A stretch of 64,000 nucleotides of DNA from Mizuhopecten yessoensis (taxonomy: Eukaryota): contig NW_018406412.1 of assembly GCF_002113885.1 (NCBI RefSeq), forward strand, positions 126,899-190,898. Direction: 5' to 3'. Position numbers and translations under genes: made by a program. This document shows, in pieces, positions 1-12,697 of this stretch (within the stretch, counting starts at the first letter, position 1; each line of letters begins with the position of its first letter). The notes below the pieces were generated by a model, which worked only from the letters and a program-made list of their open reading frames with translations, was not told the DNA's origin and ran no database searches.

Positions 1-52
1 GAGAACGCTGTTCACGAGCATTACAGACGTGACTTGAGCTAAAAAAATCATA

Positions 53-1435
53 ATGTCGCTCGACCAAAAGCTCATCGCTCTTAATGATGACGTCACAAGA
101 GCATTACTTCCGGTCATCATAATCATCGCCTGCCTAATGGTCATCGGTTTTATCGGAAATCCTATGGTCATGTATTTTTACGGATGTCGAATGAAGACTA
201 CGCCATCTTACATGTTCATCGTTACTCTCGCCATCTTTGATATGATTTCGTGTACAATATCAATGCCATTTGAAATATACGAGCTTTGCCATTTCTACAC
301 ATTTGACAGTCCGGAAGCTTGTCGCACTCTCCGTTTCATTAATTACTTTGCGAGTATTGCTTCCGGTGCAACCCTTATCGCAATAGCGGTTGACAGATAT
401 CGCAAAATTTGCAAGCCCTTTGACAAACAAATTTCTGTCAAACTTGCAAAGGTCATAATTGTGCTTGTGATTGTATTTTCTGCAATGACATCATGGCCGA
501 GTTTAGTGTTCTACACCGTGGTCCCTGTAAACATAACTGAAGACCCCGAACTTGTGGGGTTCGACTGTACGACAAGACGGGATGAGGATTTCAAAAGGTA
601 CATAACAGTATATAACCTAATTTTGTTTCCTATTTTCATCATTTCAATTATTGTTCTGATCGTTCTCTACTCCCTTGTTGGTAAACAGCTATTTAATTTA
701 AAGAACTTCCGGTTTTACGCATCAAAGAGAAGCCCATTGTCGCCGACAAAATCCAACAAAAGCGAGGCTATGACGATGTCGATTAGTTTGCCATCTCCAT
801 ACAAACATGACAGCAAGGGAGATAACTATAACGTTAAAACCAGTAGACCGTTGTCTCTCTCACCAACAGATCTGGAATCCGACATTAACCGAAAAAATAC
901 GGGAACTAACGGAGATCTTGAATTTACTGACATTTCTGCTCCGAAAGAATCCGAAAGAAAACGAGCGGAAACAAAGATTAGTTTTGATGCCACCTCTTCA
1001 CCTTCGTCTGATACGACGGACAACAGTGGAGCGTCGATATCAAGAACGAAACATTCCACTTCCGGCTCTACGAAAGACAAGAAACTTACCGCACAGAACA
1101 TAAACACCAAGCGATACACAATTATTACTTTATCGATAAGTATCGCTTTCGTTCTGAGTTTTCTCCCCTATCTGAGTCTCGTCACTTGGCGGACTTTGGC
1201 GAGCGATTACGAACCAAATCTGCTCTCAGAGTCCGCCATGGTAGCGTTTCAGCTCTTCCTGCGCTCTTTTCTTATTAGCAGCGCAAGTAATCCCGTCATT
1301 TACGGGTTTCTTAATACGGAGTTCAAGGCCATGGTTCTGAGAGCGCTGCGAAGAGTATGTTGTTTCTGTTGTATGAGGAAAGAAACCCGGGATATCTCGA
1401 GGTCGGAATTGAGCGGCCACACCGGATCTACGTAA
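53..1435 (+). CDS. Class A (rhodopsin-like) GPCR, orphan neuropeptide-receptor type (cholecystokinin/orexin receptor-like), uninterrupted CDS, 460 aa
   Basis: Seven hydrophobic segments. Class A motifs: GN in TM1 (FIGNP), LAxxD in TM2 (LAIFD), DRY after TM3 (AVDRYRKIC), NPxxY in TM7 (NPVIY). ECL1/ECL2 cysteines, a long Ser/Thr-rich ICL3 and a C-terminal Cys cluster (CCFCC). Confidence 0.95.
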   Translation: MSLDQKLIALNDDVTRALLPVIIIIACLMVIGFIGNPMVMYFYGCRMKTTPSYMFIVTLAIFDMISCTISMPFEIYELCHFYTFDSPEACRTLRFINYFASIASGATLIAIAVDRYRKICKPFDKQISVKLAKVIIVLVIVFSAMTSWPSLVFYTVVPVNITEDPELVGFDCTTRRDEDFKRYITVYNLILFPIFIISIIVLIVLYSLVGKQLFNLKNFRFYASKRSPLSPTKSNKSEAMTMSISLPSPYKHDSKGDNYNVKTSRPLSLSPTDLESDINRKNTGTNGDLEFTDISAPKESERKRAETKISFDATSSPSSDTTDNSGASISRTKHSTSGSTKDKKLTAQNINTKRYTIITLSISIAFVLSFLPYLSLVTWRTLASDYEPNLLSESAMVAFQLFLRSFLISSASNPVIYGFLNTEFKAMVLRALRRVCCFCCMRKETRDISRSELSGHTGST

Positions 1436-1685
1436 TCAAACGGGACTTCAGATTTCTCCGATTTTGATTTTCAAAACCAAGCGGACACAGAATCAAACAT
1501 TTGTATGGTGCCGTCTTAACGGTTTCTTTTGTTATAATAACACAGGTCTATAGCAAAACAAAACGCAAATTATTTTGTCTTAAGGATCCATGTCCCACTG
1601 TACTCTGTTTTTTTCTATATACAGTAACCTCCCCATACCTTCCGTTCGGATATAACTGTACCACAGTTGGACCAGAATGCTTCCG

Positions 1686-1760
1686 TTGAGCAGTTACCTC
1701 AATCGATTAGAACGATAGTATAACAATCTGAAGTCCTTGGTTCGATTCCCGGTCGAGCCT
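1686..1760 (+). mobile_element. tRNA-derived SINE head fragment
   Basis: A-box-like TACCTCAATCGATTAGA and B-box GGTTCGATTCCC at tRNA spacing, without a cloverleaf acceptor stem. A related copy lies on the minus strand near 49860-49912. Confidence 0.5.
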
Positions 1761-2484
1761 ATTGAATGTTTACACTTGGAGCACTGTTGTTAATGTTATT
1801 TTGTTCATTTCATCTATATCATTTTTCACAATAGTCCCGTATGGTATGGTTTTCTTTTTAAAAATCATTCATCAAAGGCATAGTTTTACCGGAAAAAACA
1901 GTTTCCAATATCAAGTACAATCTTTGGGCAGTGGTAAGGGGATCCTTAACTTTCTTCCTTGTTAGGGCCGAAGATAGTCTCGTTCAACCAGACTCATATT
2001 GTCTTCGTAAACTACGCCGAACAGATAATTTCAAAGTGACCAAGCAGCTGATTGAACGAGACTAGAGTTGACATAGTCGAACGCATCTTAAATCAAAGTC
2101 ATACATACCATATGTTGTTTGCAGTATTTGCATTTATTATGATGTGCAACTTGACAACTACTACCCATAGCTGATTGATTACTCGTTTCTCTCGGTCTTG
2201 AGGAGAACCCCAAGTTGGAATAATTACTGACTTTTTTCTTTTCCCTTTTTCTTGTTTCAAATTTAATGAAATTTAAAAAAAAAAAATAAAAAAATAAAAA
2301 AAAAAATATCCGAATATTTCAAAGAAAGGAAAAAAGGACAAGCAGATAACAAACCGAAGAGTACCGTTCAGGAGTTGAAAATGCACGAGGTGTTCTAAGT
2401 TTCATGGCATTGACCCTTGACATTTAGCAATTTCTGAAGTTAAACAGAAGTTTAGAGAGTCAAAACACATGTACGAAAGTACTA

Positions 2485-2740
2485 GGCCCGTGTTCGTGAA
2501 ACCTTGCTCATGCTCAAACTCAGATTTTGTGCTCAAGTCCAATTTGTTTTTCCCGTTGATAAATTGATAAAAAAATATATTTTGTCAATGATCTGGAAGA
2601 TTTTTGGAAAGACTTTGTGCCGAATTCCGTTTCATGTTTAAACTTGGCTCTGTGTCCTGATTTAAGCCAGTAACAAACAAAAAAAGATTTGGGCACAGAA
2701 TCTATGCTTGAGCACGAGAACGTTTTCATGAATATGGGCC
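2485..2740. mobile_element. MITE family A (PIF/Harbinger-like), copy 1
   Basis: ~50-bp imperfect TIRs, GGCCCGTGTTCGTGAAAC...TGTGCTCAA and TTGGGCACAGAATC...CATGAATATGGGCC. Flanks CTA/CTG. The same TIRs recur at 6014, 6525 and 49131. Confidence 0.75.
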
Positions 2741-3989
2741 CTGTCCTTTGAAACCTGAGTGTCAAAGCACGTCTTGAGGTTTCAAATTTTTTTACATGTA
2801 CAAGAGTCTACTGAAAGCTTTGCTCTGGTACCGTGTACCAATTCGACAAAAACGAAATCTAATGCATCATGGGAATGAATTACAAATGCATTATTCAAAC
2901 TCGGAAGATGATAGAAGCTGTGTTGATTGAGTATCTAGAAATTGGCATCAACATAAGTTATGCATAGTGTAATCGTTTTTACTAAATTCTTAGATCTGTA
3001 AAGCTACCTTTCTGTGTTACAACATTACACCATGGTATGTATTGAGATGAAGGCAGCTTGATATATTCATAGCATCATTGTATGACGTCAATCTATGACG
3101 TCATAATGAATTAAACCTGAAAAAGATTCGATTTCAAAACACATTTCATTAACTTTTGTTTTACATGTAACTATCATTATGTACGTAATTGTTTTTATAT
3201 AACTAAACAAAAATCAAAAATTGAAATAATGTTGATTTTGGCAAATCTTCAGCTGACATATTTTTCATTATGAAGTATTATTTTCAATCCTGTATAGAAA
3301 ATTAAAAAAAATGGTTTAAATGTACGTTTTTTTAAATAGTTTGAATTTTGTGTATGTGTGTGTGTTTGTGTGTGTTCCCATCATTGAAACGTTTACATAT
3401 TGTGCATGCCTGTTTGTAAATTACTTTTATTTCTAAACGTCATTACAGATAATGTTTTACTCACGGATCATGGTATGATGAATTTGATTTTATATTGAAT
3501 AGAATGTTGTATCTGAATAAGACTGAACTGGACAACTATATCAGAGATATCTGGCTCCGTCTTACTGAATGTTCGTTGGCTTCAGGCGTTTGCTTGAGAT
3601 AGATAATATTTAAGCGTTGATTTTTTCTTCATTCCAATAATGCTTTCCCATGGGAAAAGTTAAGGTAGTAACATATATGAAATTTGTACCTGTTAATATT
3701 TAATTTTCTATTTAATTTTTTATTTCGTGAAAGCGTGATTTAGCCTTATGACATACACGTCCTCCAAAAAGTGGTTTGATAGTGTGTACCTTTCGCAAGT
3801 TGTCAATGTTAAGATGGTCTTTCGGCGCTCAGAAATCGGTTTTCTCTGATTGGTTGAAAAACATTCTGACATGACCTTTTTGTTTTAATGAAAATTATTA
3901 ATTTGAATTGATTTTTTTCTTTATTATTCATCATGCAGGTTAATCGAAGCTTAATCATCCATATGAAAGGTTATTTATTAATGACAAAG

Positions 3990-4745
3990 ATTAACCATTT
4001 ATAACGAAGTTAAATCATCCATAACGTCGGTTACATTGTATTCATCCATGACGACAGTTTAATCATCCATAACGGCGGTTAATCATCCTTGATGACGATT
4101 AGTCATACATGACGTCGGCTTATCATCCATTATGACGGTTAACCATCCATAACGACGGTTTATCATCCATAACGACGGTTAATCATCCATTACGACGGTT
4201 AATCATCCATGACGACAGTTTAATAATCCATAACGGTGGTTAATCATCCTTGACGACGATTAGTCATACATGACGTCGGTTTATCATCCATTATGACGGA
4301 TAATCATCCATAACGACGGTTTATCAACCATAACGACGGTTAATCATCCATTACGACGGTTAATCATCCATGACGACAGTTTAATCATCCATAACGGCGG
4401 TTAATCATCCTTGACGACGATTAGTCATCCAAGACGTCGATTTATCATCCATTACGACGGTATATCATCCATTACGACGGTTAATCATCCATAACGACGG
4501 TTATTCATCAATAACGATGGTTAATAATCGATAACGACGGTTGAAAATTCATAACGGCAGTAAGTCATTCATAACGAAGTTAAATCATGCATATCGACGG
4601 TTTAATAATCTATAACGGCGTTTAATCATCCGTATTGACGGTTAATCATTCATAACGGCGGTAAGTCATTCATAATGAAGTTAAATCGTGCATAACGACG
4701 GTTCATTTTTCAAAACGAAGTGCAGTCATCCATAACGTGCATTAA
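3990..4745. repeat. 20-bp minisatellite (TTAATCATCCATAACGACGG) with a ~160-bp higher-order repeat
   Basis: Direct 20-bp periodicity. The variant block ATCCATGACGACAGTTTAAT recurs at ~4045, 4205 and 4366. Confidence 0.9.
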
Positions 4746-6013
4746 TCATACTTAAATGTACGAGGAGCACAATCCTCCTCGTTTGTCATTGTACAGTAAA
4801 ACTTCGATACAATGCCACTGTTTATCACCATACAGCAAAACAGTCGATAAAATGACGTTCCCTTCCGTTATACAGTAAAACTACAATGCAGCTGAATCAT
4901 TTCCTTTCTTCCTTTGCAATCTCGATTATCACAAACTTTTCACGTTTCACTTTCATTTTGTATCTAATCCTTCTTTTATCTCTCTTCTCAAAATTTCAAC
5001 AATCCCCTTCATAATGCTGAACAAATGTTGGCAAAACAGTGGCAATATCTAACTTTATATAATGTTGTTTTAATATTTTTATTTAAAACTATATTTTATA
5101 GACATTTTTTTGATGAACGATAGAATGTGTACAATTATGTATACATAGATTTTTGAAATGAAAAATATATATATTTTCGATATGTTTATTGAATTTAGAA
5201 ACTTTTGAGTTAATCAATGTGTTTGTACGTTGATATATATAATTTATACATTCATATAAGAATTGAACGGCATTTTCTTCAATTTCATATAGGCATGAAT
5301 ATTGAAAAAATGCCGTTTAGTCCTTATATTTTTTATTTTTTTGGGTAATTATGGACCTAAATTCAGACATTCCCTGGTATATTCAATATTGAAGTGTCTG
5401 TGTCGTCATTGCAAAAAGATTCCTCGAAAGGTCTTACGTCACCAAAATGTTTGCTTCTCATAGTTGTCTAATGTTATTTCGAGGCGAGAGGAAAAACCTT
5501 GAAAATGACGCTGATCAAATTGCGTTCACAGCTCATTAACGCAATTTCTATTGGTAATGCGTATAGAGGAACTTGCAGTGGAAATGTAAATATATATAAT
5601 TCATATGTTAATGTCTGTCTAAACCGGACCAAGTATAAACGGAAAACCTGTATAAACCAGATGTCACATAGATCTATCTGAATCCATTTCGACTATAAAT
5701 AACATTGTTAGTTGTACCTATATACTGTAAAACTGGAAATTCTTGCGGATGGAAATATTCGCGTTGTTACTCTTCAACTGAAAGCGATTTTGAAATGTTC
5801 GCGTATTTACAAAAAAAAATATCCAAAAAAATCCAAAGTACTTGTGATGGTTAAATATAAAACAAAAAAGTACGAACCTATATTAAAATATAATCTATAT
5901 ATAAATGTTTTTGTTAGTGGATGTCTGCGCTAAATTCTCAATGCAAAAAAGAAAATCATTTCCAAAACGCAAAAAATCCCACTTTTACCGATTGGAATAT
6001 ATTATTTAACCAG

Positions 6014-6276
6014 GACCCGTATTCATGAAACCGTTCTCATGCTAAAGAATGTATTTTGTGCTCGAGGGTTATATTTTGAATTGCTTATAAATTAATAAAA
6101 AATATTGATTTTGCCAAGTATGGAAAACAATTTAAAGAAACTTAAAGCCGAATAATGAGTTCAATGTTTTACCTTTGACATTTTGATCGTTTGACATGAT
6201 TTAAGTGATTTACAATCAAGACGATTTGAGCACAGAATCCATGCTTGAGCATGAGAACGGTTTCATAAACACGACC
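6014..6276. mobile_element. MITE family A, copy 2
   Basis: GACCCGTATTCATGAAACCGTTCTCATGCT ... TTGAGCACAGAATCCATGCTTGAGCATGAGAACGGTTTCAT. Confidence 0.75.
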
Positions 6277-6524
6277 TGATCTTCAAACAGGTCACACAAT
6301 TTACTTGTCTTTGTAAGTTGATGCTGTCTATTTATTCAAACCAGATATATTTGTCCCTTTAACATTTTATTTACACATGTTGTTTTTCACTGTTAGCTGC
6401 ATTTTAACAGAACCAAAAAATGAATTATTTAATTTGATACGTGAAAAAAATGTTGGTGTATCTTACTCATTGTAACATGTATAAGTTGACTACGATGATG
6501 ATATTTGTACAGGGGAGAGAACTG

Positions 6525-6732
6525 GGTCTGTATTCATGAAACCATTCTCATGCTCAAGCATGGAGTTTGTGCTCAACTAACTGTAACACACTAACTACAT
6601 AACACAACCAAGAAATCAAATCTAAACATTTAAAATAGTATTCTGCTTCAAGTTTATCACAAATTGGTAAACATCATTGAACAATATGTAATGTGTGATT
6701 AATTTATCAGCACGGTTTCGTGAATACGGGCC
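6525..6732. mobile_element. MITE family A, copy 3 (internally deleted)
   Basis: GGTCTGTATTCATGAAACCATTCTCATGCTCAAGCATGG ... CGGTTTCGTGAATACGGGCC. Confidence 0.7.
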
Positions 6733-7059
6733 AAGGTCACCAACAGTCTGTATAACGTCATGTTCAATATCTCAATTAATGCTGCACATAGTTATATTTT
6801 ACAAAAGTGCTTTGAATAAATGTGCTATTTGCGATGTTTATATGTGTTAATAAGTAAATATGACGTTGTGTTTCATGGTTTTAAGACGACTTCCGCAATT
6901 TGTGTTGTTTTTTTTCCTCAAAAGGGGAAGTGTGCAGAAAAGATTATTTTTTTCTGGCAAAGTTTGTGTGAGGAATTTAATTTCGCGGCCTGTACGAAGC
7001 GCCACAACAAAACCGCTCATAAAAACGTATATGATTTTTACAGCTCCTGTTGGATGCTT

Positions 7060-7244
7060 CACTAAAACCTCGATATAATGCCACTCAATTTGTCCTCTCT
7101 CTCACGATATTGACGTTGTAGTTTTTCAATGTCCTTTTTTCTTTGAAACATAAATAATATACTTTTTGCGCGATATATCGTCAAATTCCTTTATACTGCC
7201 AATTTTCCAGACCAAATGGTGGCAGTATAACGAGGTTTAATTGT
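7060..7244. mobile_element. MITE family B (Tc1/mariner/pogo-like, TA-flanked)
   Basis: TIR consensus CAGTAAAACCTCGATATAATGCC ... GGCAGTATAACGAGGTTT. Further copies at 19051, 24956 and 34531; fragments at 4793 and 18904. Confidence 0.65.
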
Positions 7245-7440
7245 TTATTGTACAATTTTTGATCGTGTCCTCCAAGAATTTTTAATGCAGATGGTGTCTT
7301 TTGCTAAATAAACGTTGTGGAATTTTTTCTTTTTGGTATTCGTTTTCCTTCCAACTGAAAAAAATAAACAAATGACGGACAAAAAAATGCACTGGAAAAA
7401 ATGAGAACAAGAAAAGGAAAGGGATATTGTTAAATGATTT

Positions 7441-7672
7441 AAACTTTATTTATTTTACAACAATCATGAAATAAGTTATTACAACTTGTTTTAATCACTC
7501 TTGTTAGCCCGGATGTTAGAGCGCGGAGGGTCTTAATGTGGGAGGAAACCCGAAGAAAACCCACGTAGACGGGCAGTCTAGGGGTCCCATACCTTTTCAG
7601 GACCGATCAGAGAATCGAATCCCGGCTGTCTTGGTGAAAGTCGAGTGCGCTGTCCACTGCACCACCTGGCCA
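7441..7672 (-). mobile_element. tRNA-derived SINE with a V-domain-like body
   Basis: Reverse complement aligns with the + strand copy at 61721: tRNA-like head, GGTTTCCTCCCACA core, and a GTTGTAAAATAA...AAAGTTT tail. Confidence 0.8.
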
Positions 7673-7717
7673 TTGGATATTGTTTTTATTGCGTCATGGT
7701 CAATTTGTTTTTTTTAT

Positions 7718-8052
7718 GGAGGCGCAGTAGTCTAGTGGTAGGACGCCGGGCTGGTGACCGAAGGGTTGCGGGTTCGAGTCACGGCACGGCGCTGTGTTGT
7801 ATCTTTGAGCAAGATACTTTACTCCGCTTGTTCCCAGCCTACTCAGCTGTAAATGAGTACGTGGTTGGGTGGTGCTAGAATTGTTGAATGCTAGCTGTTA
7901 GCGCCGAAATGGCAGCACCGGCTGTATGCTCCCCAGGGAGCTGGGAAAGATATTGGCTGGTTGCAAAGACTCTATAACCACGGATAGTAATTTGTGAACC
8001 GCTTTGAGACGACTTACGAACGAGGTTGTGATAAAGCGGTAAATATGTAATT
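7718..8052 (+). mobile_element. tRNA-derived CORE-type SINE with an L2-like 3' tail
   Basis: A box TAGTCTAGTGGT and B box GGTTCGAGTC. CORE-like TGTATCTTTGAGCAAGATACTT...CTCAGCTGTAAATGAGTAC. Tail GTGAACCGCTTTGAG...TAAAGCGGTAAATA resembles L2-mobilised SINE tails. Confidence 0.75.
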
Positions 8053-8959
8053 TAAGCACATTTCTCGTCTCGGGACCTGAGTCACCTTTGGTGTTTTGTT
8101 AAGTCCTGAGCTATGAACTTGTATCCGAGCATTTGAAAAGAGCAACAATCAGTTAAAATGTTAATTTTCAGGTGTTTTTTTTTTTTTTCAAAAATGTTTT
8201 AGTCAGATTTCCCGCTTAGATTAATTATTGATCGGTTTCAACGCTTTTCCAAAAAAATAAATAAAAAAAATTGTAACTTTTTAGAAAAAAAGATCTAAGG
8301 TAATTTACAAACTTCTTGTAGCTTACAAGAGTATACCAGGTACTGTTTCGAAAAGGAATCGAAAACAAATACTTCATTTTTATATTTTGTATATAGTAAT
8401 TCCTATGGTAGGAGTGGCGGTTCGCTTGTGAAACTCTATATTGTTGTTTTTAAGGAACAACTTGGAATTAATTAAAAATGTGACAATACGTACATAATTT
8501 ATTGGTCGTTTCGTATTTCAAGGGAACCATTCGTTCTATATGTTTATGAAAAGAAGTTTTTGGCAAGGAGTACTTATCTGTAAAGCGTACCTTACCTTTA
8601 GTTATGATTTATTGAATGAAGTAGAATCGCTCAGATAAGGAGTGATGCCCACAGGAACCTTATAATTTGTTAAAGTTATAATTGGACCTAGACTGAGGTG
8701 TTCAGAGTACTTTTATACGTGTTAGGAGTTTAGATCAATTTTCGGTAAAAATGACATACCAATGATGTTGTACAATTTCATGAATATACAGCTAATTTGA
8801 ATACATAATTAGGGTTGAGATTTTGACAACAAAGTCATCTGAACACCTAAAACGTGTAAAATTACACTGAACACCTCAGTTTCGTTCGAAATATATACAG
8901 CTGTAACCAGTTATCGGGTCCCTGTAGTAACGCCAATTGACGCAAACGTGAACACAGTC

Positions 8960-9227
8960 TGACGATGTAAGTGTGGTACTTATGTAGTAGAACTGGACTT
9001 GGTCGATCTGGCCGTTGCATTTCTCTTTCTTTTGTTACACTCACAACACACATTATCCTCCGTTGTACATAATCTGAGAGCCCTAGAGACGATGTGTGTG
9101 TTGAGTATATAAGTACTGTACTATTTCAAATATAAGTTAGAGGAAATCAATAAAACCATACCTAAGTATAATTGAGATCGTGTCGAATTCATAACTTCCA
9201 TTTTCGGTGATCGAGAGTTCATCGACA
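8960..9227 (+). mobile_element. Possible solo LTR
   Basis: Begins TGACGATG and ends CATCGACA (TG...CA, 7/8 inverted match). Internal TATATAAG (~9106) is followed by AATAAA (~9148). No clear TSD. Confidence 0.4.
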
Positions 9228-9443
9228 GCGACACGGTATAGTTGTATAGGGTATAACGTCCTATCAACAGGAAATGTCATTTAAGGAAGTGCTTTCATGT
9301 GTGTTGTGTATGCGTGCATGTGTGTATGTGTGCCGGAGACAGGGTACGTTGGTGTACTTGCCTCCTTGTGATAGCGCGGATATGATGACGATTTTACAGT
9401 GCTATCTACCTGAAATACAATGTCGAAGGCTCACAGCACAGCA

Positions 9444-10041
9444 GCAGCGACACTGACCTAGTGAAACACAAGAATATGTACTACAGGCGACATCTACTGT
9501 AGTGGTAGACATTAAACATATGTACTGCCAGCGACACTGACCTAGTGACACACAAGACTATGTACTACAGGTGACACCTACTGTAGTGGTAGACATTAAA
9601 CATATGTACTGCCAGCGACACTGACCGAGTGACACACAAGAATATGTACTACAGGCGACACCTACTGTAGTGGTAGACATTAAACATATGTACTGCCAGC
9701 GACACTGACCGAGTGACACACAAGAATATGTACTACAGGTGACACCTACTGTAGTGGTAGACATTAAACATATGTACTGCCAGCGACACTGACCGAGTGA
9801 CACACAAGAATATGTACTACAGGTGACACCTACTGTAGTGGTAGACATTAAACATATGTACTGCCAGCGACACTGACCGAGTGACACACAAGAATATGTA
9901 CTACAGGTGACACCTACTGTAGTGGTAGACATTAAACATATGTACTGCCAGCGACACTGACCGAGTGACACACAAGACTATGTACTACAGGTGACACCTA
10001 CTGTAGTGGTAGACATTAAACATATGTACTGCCAGCGACAC
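9444..10041. repeat. 84-bp tandem repeat, ~7 near-identical copies, with a degenerate related extension to ~10400
   Basis: CAGCGACAC recurs at 9529, 9613, 9697, 9781, 9865, 9949 and 10033. The 28-aa period in ORF 9558-9971 matches. Confidence 0.95.
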
Positions 10042-11689
10042 CATGTGGTAATAATGAAAACATAAGTGCTATCAGAGACACTAAGTGTTGGTCATGAAAC
10101 ACGAATTATTACCAGCGGCACCTATTAGTGGACTATCAGCGACACCTAGTGGTAAAAATGAAACACAAGTAACACTAGCGACCCCTTTTATTTGACTATC
10201 AGTGACACCTAGTGGTAGAAATGAAACACAAGTAATACTAGCGACCCCTTTTATTGGACTATCAGTGACACCTAGTGGTAGAAATGAAACACAAGTAACA
10301 CTAGCGACACCTAGTTGTAAAAATGAAACACAAGTAACACTAAAAATACATTGTATTGGACTATCAGCGACACCTTGTGGTAGAAATGAAACACCAGCGA
10401 CAAATTTGCAAGTTTAAGTGAATCGAAATGCTCGTTTTGACTTTCAGCAATACTGGAGGAGAAAAAATGCAAAATTAATGCGGAGCAAATATTTCTCCCT
10501 GCTGATCGTTGGTGCAAGATATACATGTATATATATTTAAATATATTTGTATTACTAGAATGCCTAACGCACTCCTGCTACAATGTAACTTCTCCAACGT
10601 GTTTGACAAAATAAGCAAATATATTTTGAGATTGTTCGCTTCATTTCCGTGGATGCCGTCATCCATGCGCGTCATTGTACGATTCCGCACCGCATACTGT
10701 TAATGTACTGATTTTAGCGCTCTCATATTTTCGCGGATCAGCGACAGTTTCAAGGTTTACACATTAGGTTTTAACGCTTCGGGTTACTTTAAAATGTATA
10801 TTTAGATTATCTGATATTTTAAGGTTGTCATAACTTGATGAAATTTAGCATATATTAACATACCATACCTGTGATTTGTACTAGAGTTTTCCCCCTTGAA
10901 ATAACATTAGTTAACATTGCCGATTGTCACTCTGGTTTTACATTCATCTTAGTATATCTTTTCATCAACTCCTCACTTCATTAACCGGGTCAAAATTAAT
11001 ATTCAAAAAGATCTTTTACCAATTACTTCACGCGGAAATCTTATGAAAGGAGGTATGTGTCAAAATAAGGTAGGATACACCCTTAAATACTATCTTTAAA
11101 GATACCACTATGACAAGAATTCCCGATAGCGACAAATATTTTGTTGTTTGTCATTATGATGTTTTTTCAAAAGAACACAGCGGATCTAGAGTTATGCGAT
11201 TACATCTAGACCGGTCCATCCAGATCTCCTACAAGTAGGTCAAAGGTTTGCTAATGAACCTGGCATAATAGTGTTGATGACAAGGAATTCTATTCATTAG
11301 ACCCTGCACAAGTAGGTCAAAAGCACTCTACTGAACCTACACAATGGATGTGCCGACAAGTTGTACTACGCATGAAGGGACACGAGATGTTTTAAACGAT
11401 TGTTAACCGATAACTACCCCGTTCAATTATTTCTAAGTATGTGTACCTATTATATCTTCTATTGTAGTTCTTCCTAAAGTGTTGTCGCTAGGACGCTCCA
11501 GGTATCGTTAAAACACGTCGGGTGGAATTTCTAGATTAGGATTGTATACAACTTACATATAGTGTGGCGGCAGATGTTAGTTTCGTATGTTCTTTGCATT
11601 GTGAATGACTGAATCACCTGTTTGGAAGGGTGACGAGTTATAAACACTCATAGACGAGGCGGAGACGAATATTGGACATTGTAAATCTA

Positions 11690-12697
11690 CAATCCCTTGA
11701 TTGAAAGTGCACAATCCTTTATATATCATCCTTTGATTTTGAAACCGGCATCCCTTTGTTGTAAAACCACTCTCCTTTAATAGTAAAACACACCATCTTT
11801 TAATTGTTAATGCATCATCCCTTAATTAAGTATCCATCATCCCTTAATTAAGTATCCATCATCCCTTAATTAAGTATCCATCATCCCTTAATTAAATATC
11901 CATCATTCCTTAATGATAAAAATACCATTCCTTGACTGTGAATTCGCCATTCTTTAAATGTGAATCCACAGGGACTGTCCCTGGAATCCACCATCTACCT
12001 ATTATAAAATCCAACATACCTTGATTGTAAATCCCTCACCGTGATAAATTAAACACCCATTTCTTATGAATTCACCATCCCTTGATTATAAATCCATCAT
12101 CCCTTGATTATAAATCCATCATCCATTGATTATAAATTCATCATCCATTGATTATAACTTCATCATCCATTGATTATAAATCCATCATCCATTGATTATA
12201 AATTCATCATCCATTGATTATAACTTCATCATCCATTGATTATAAATTCATCATCCATTGATCATAAATTCATCATCCATTGCTTATAAATTCATCATCC
12301 ATTGATTATAAATTCATCATCCATTGATTATAAATCCGTCACCTCTTGATTATAAATTCACCATCCCTTGATTATAAATTCACCATCCCTTGATCATAAA
12401 TCCGTCACCCCCTTGATTATAAATTCACCATCCCTTGTTATATAAATTCACCATCCCTTGATTATAAATTAATCATCCATTGATTATAAATTCATCATCC
12501 ATTGATTATAAATCCATCATCCATTGATTATAAATCCATCATCCATTGATTATAACTTCATCATCAATTGATTATAAAATCACCATCCCTTGATTATAAA
12601 TTCACCATCCCTTGATTATAAATTCAATTTATAATCAATGGATGATGAAGTTATAATCAATGGATGATGAATTTATAATCAATGGATGATGGATTCA
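11690..12697. repeat. 22-bp minisatellite complex (CATCATCCCTTAATTAAGTATC x4, then CATCATCCATTGATTATAAATT x~25) ending in inverted units
   Basis: Direct 22-bp periodicity at 11815-11905 and 12070-12624. Reverse-complement units at 12626-12697. Confidence 0.9.

Noticed and set aside
807-1420. Overlapping and antisense ORFs in GPCR1 (also 45859-46212 in GPCR2)
   Set aside because: Short shadows of a real CDS with no recognisable domains.
9558-9971. Cys-rich 137-aa repeat protein
   Set aside because: Non-ATG start, confined to the 84-bp repeat, and ended by unit-variant stops; no domain pattern.
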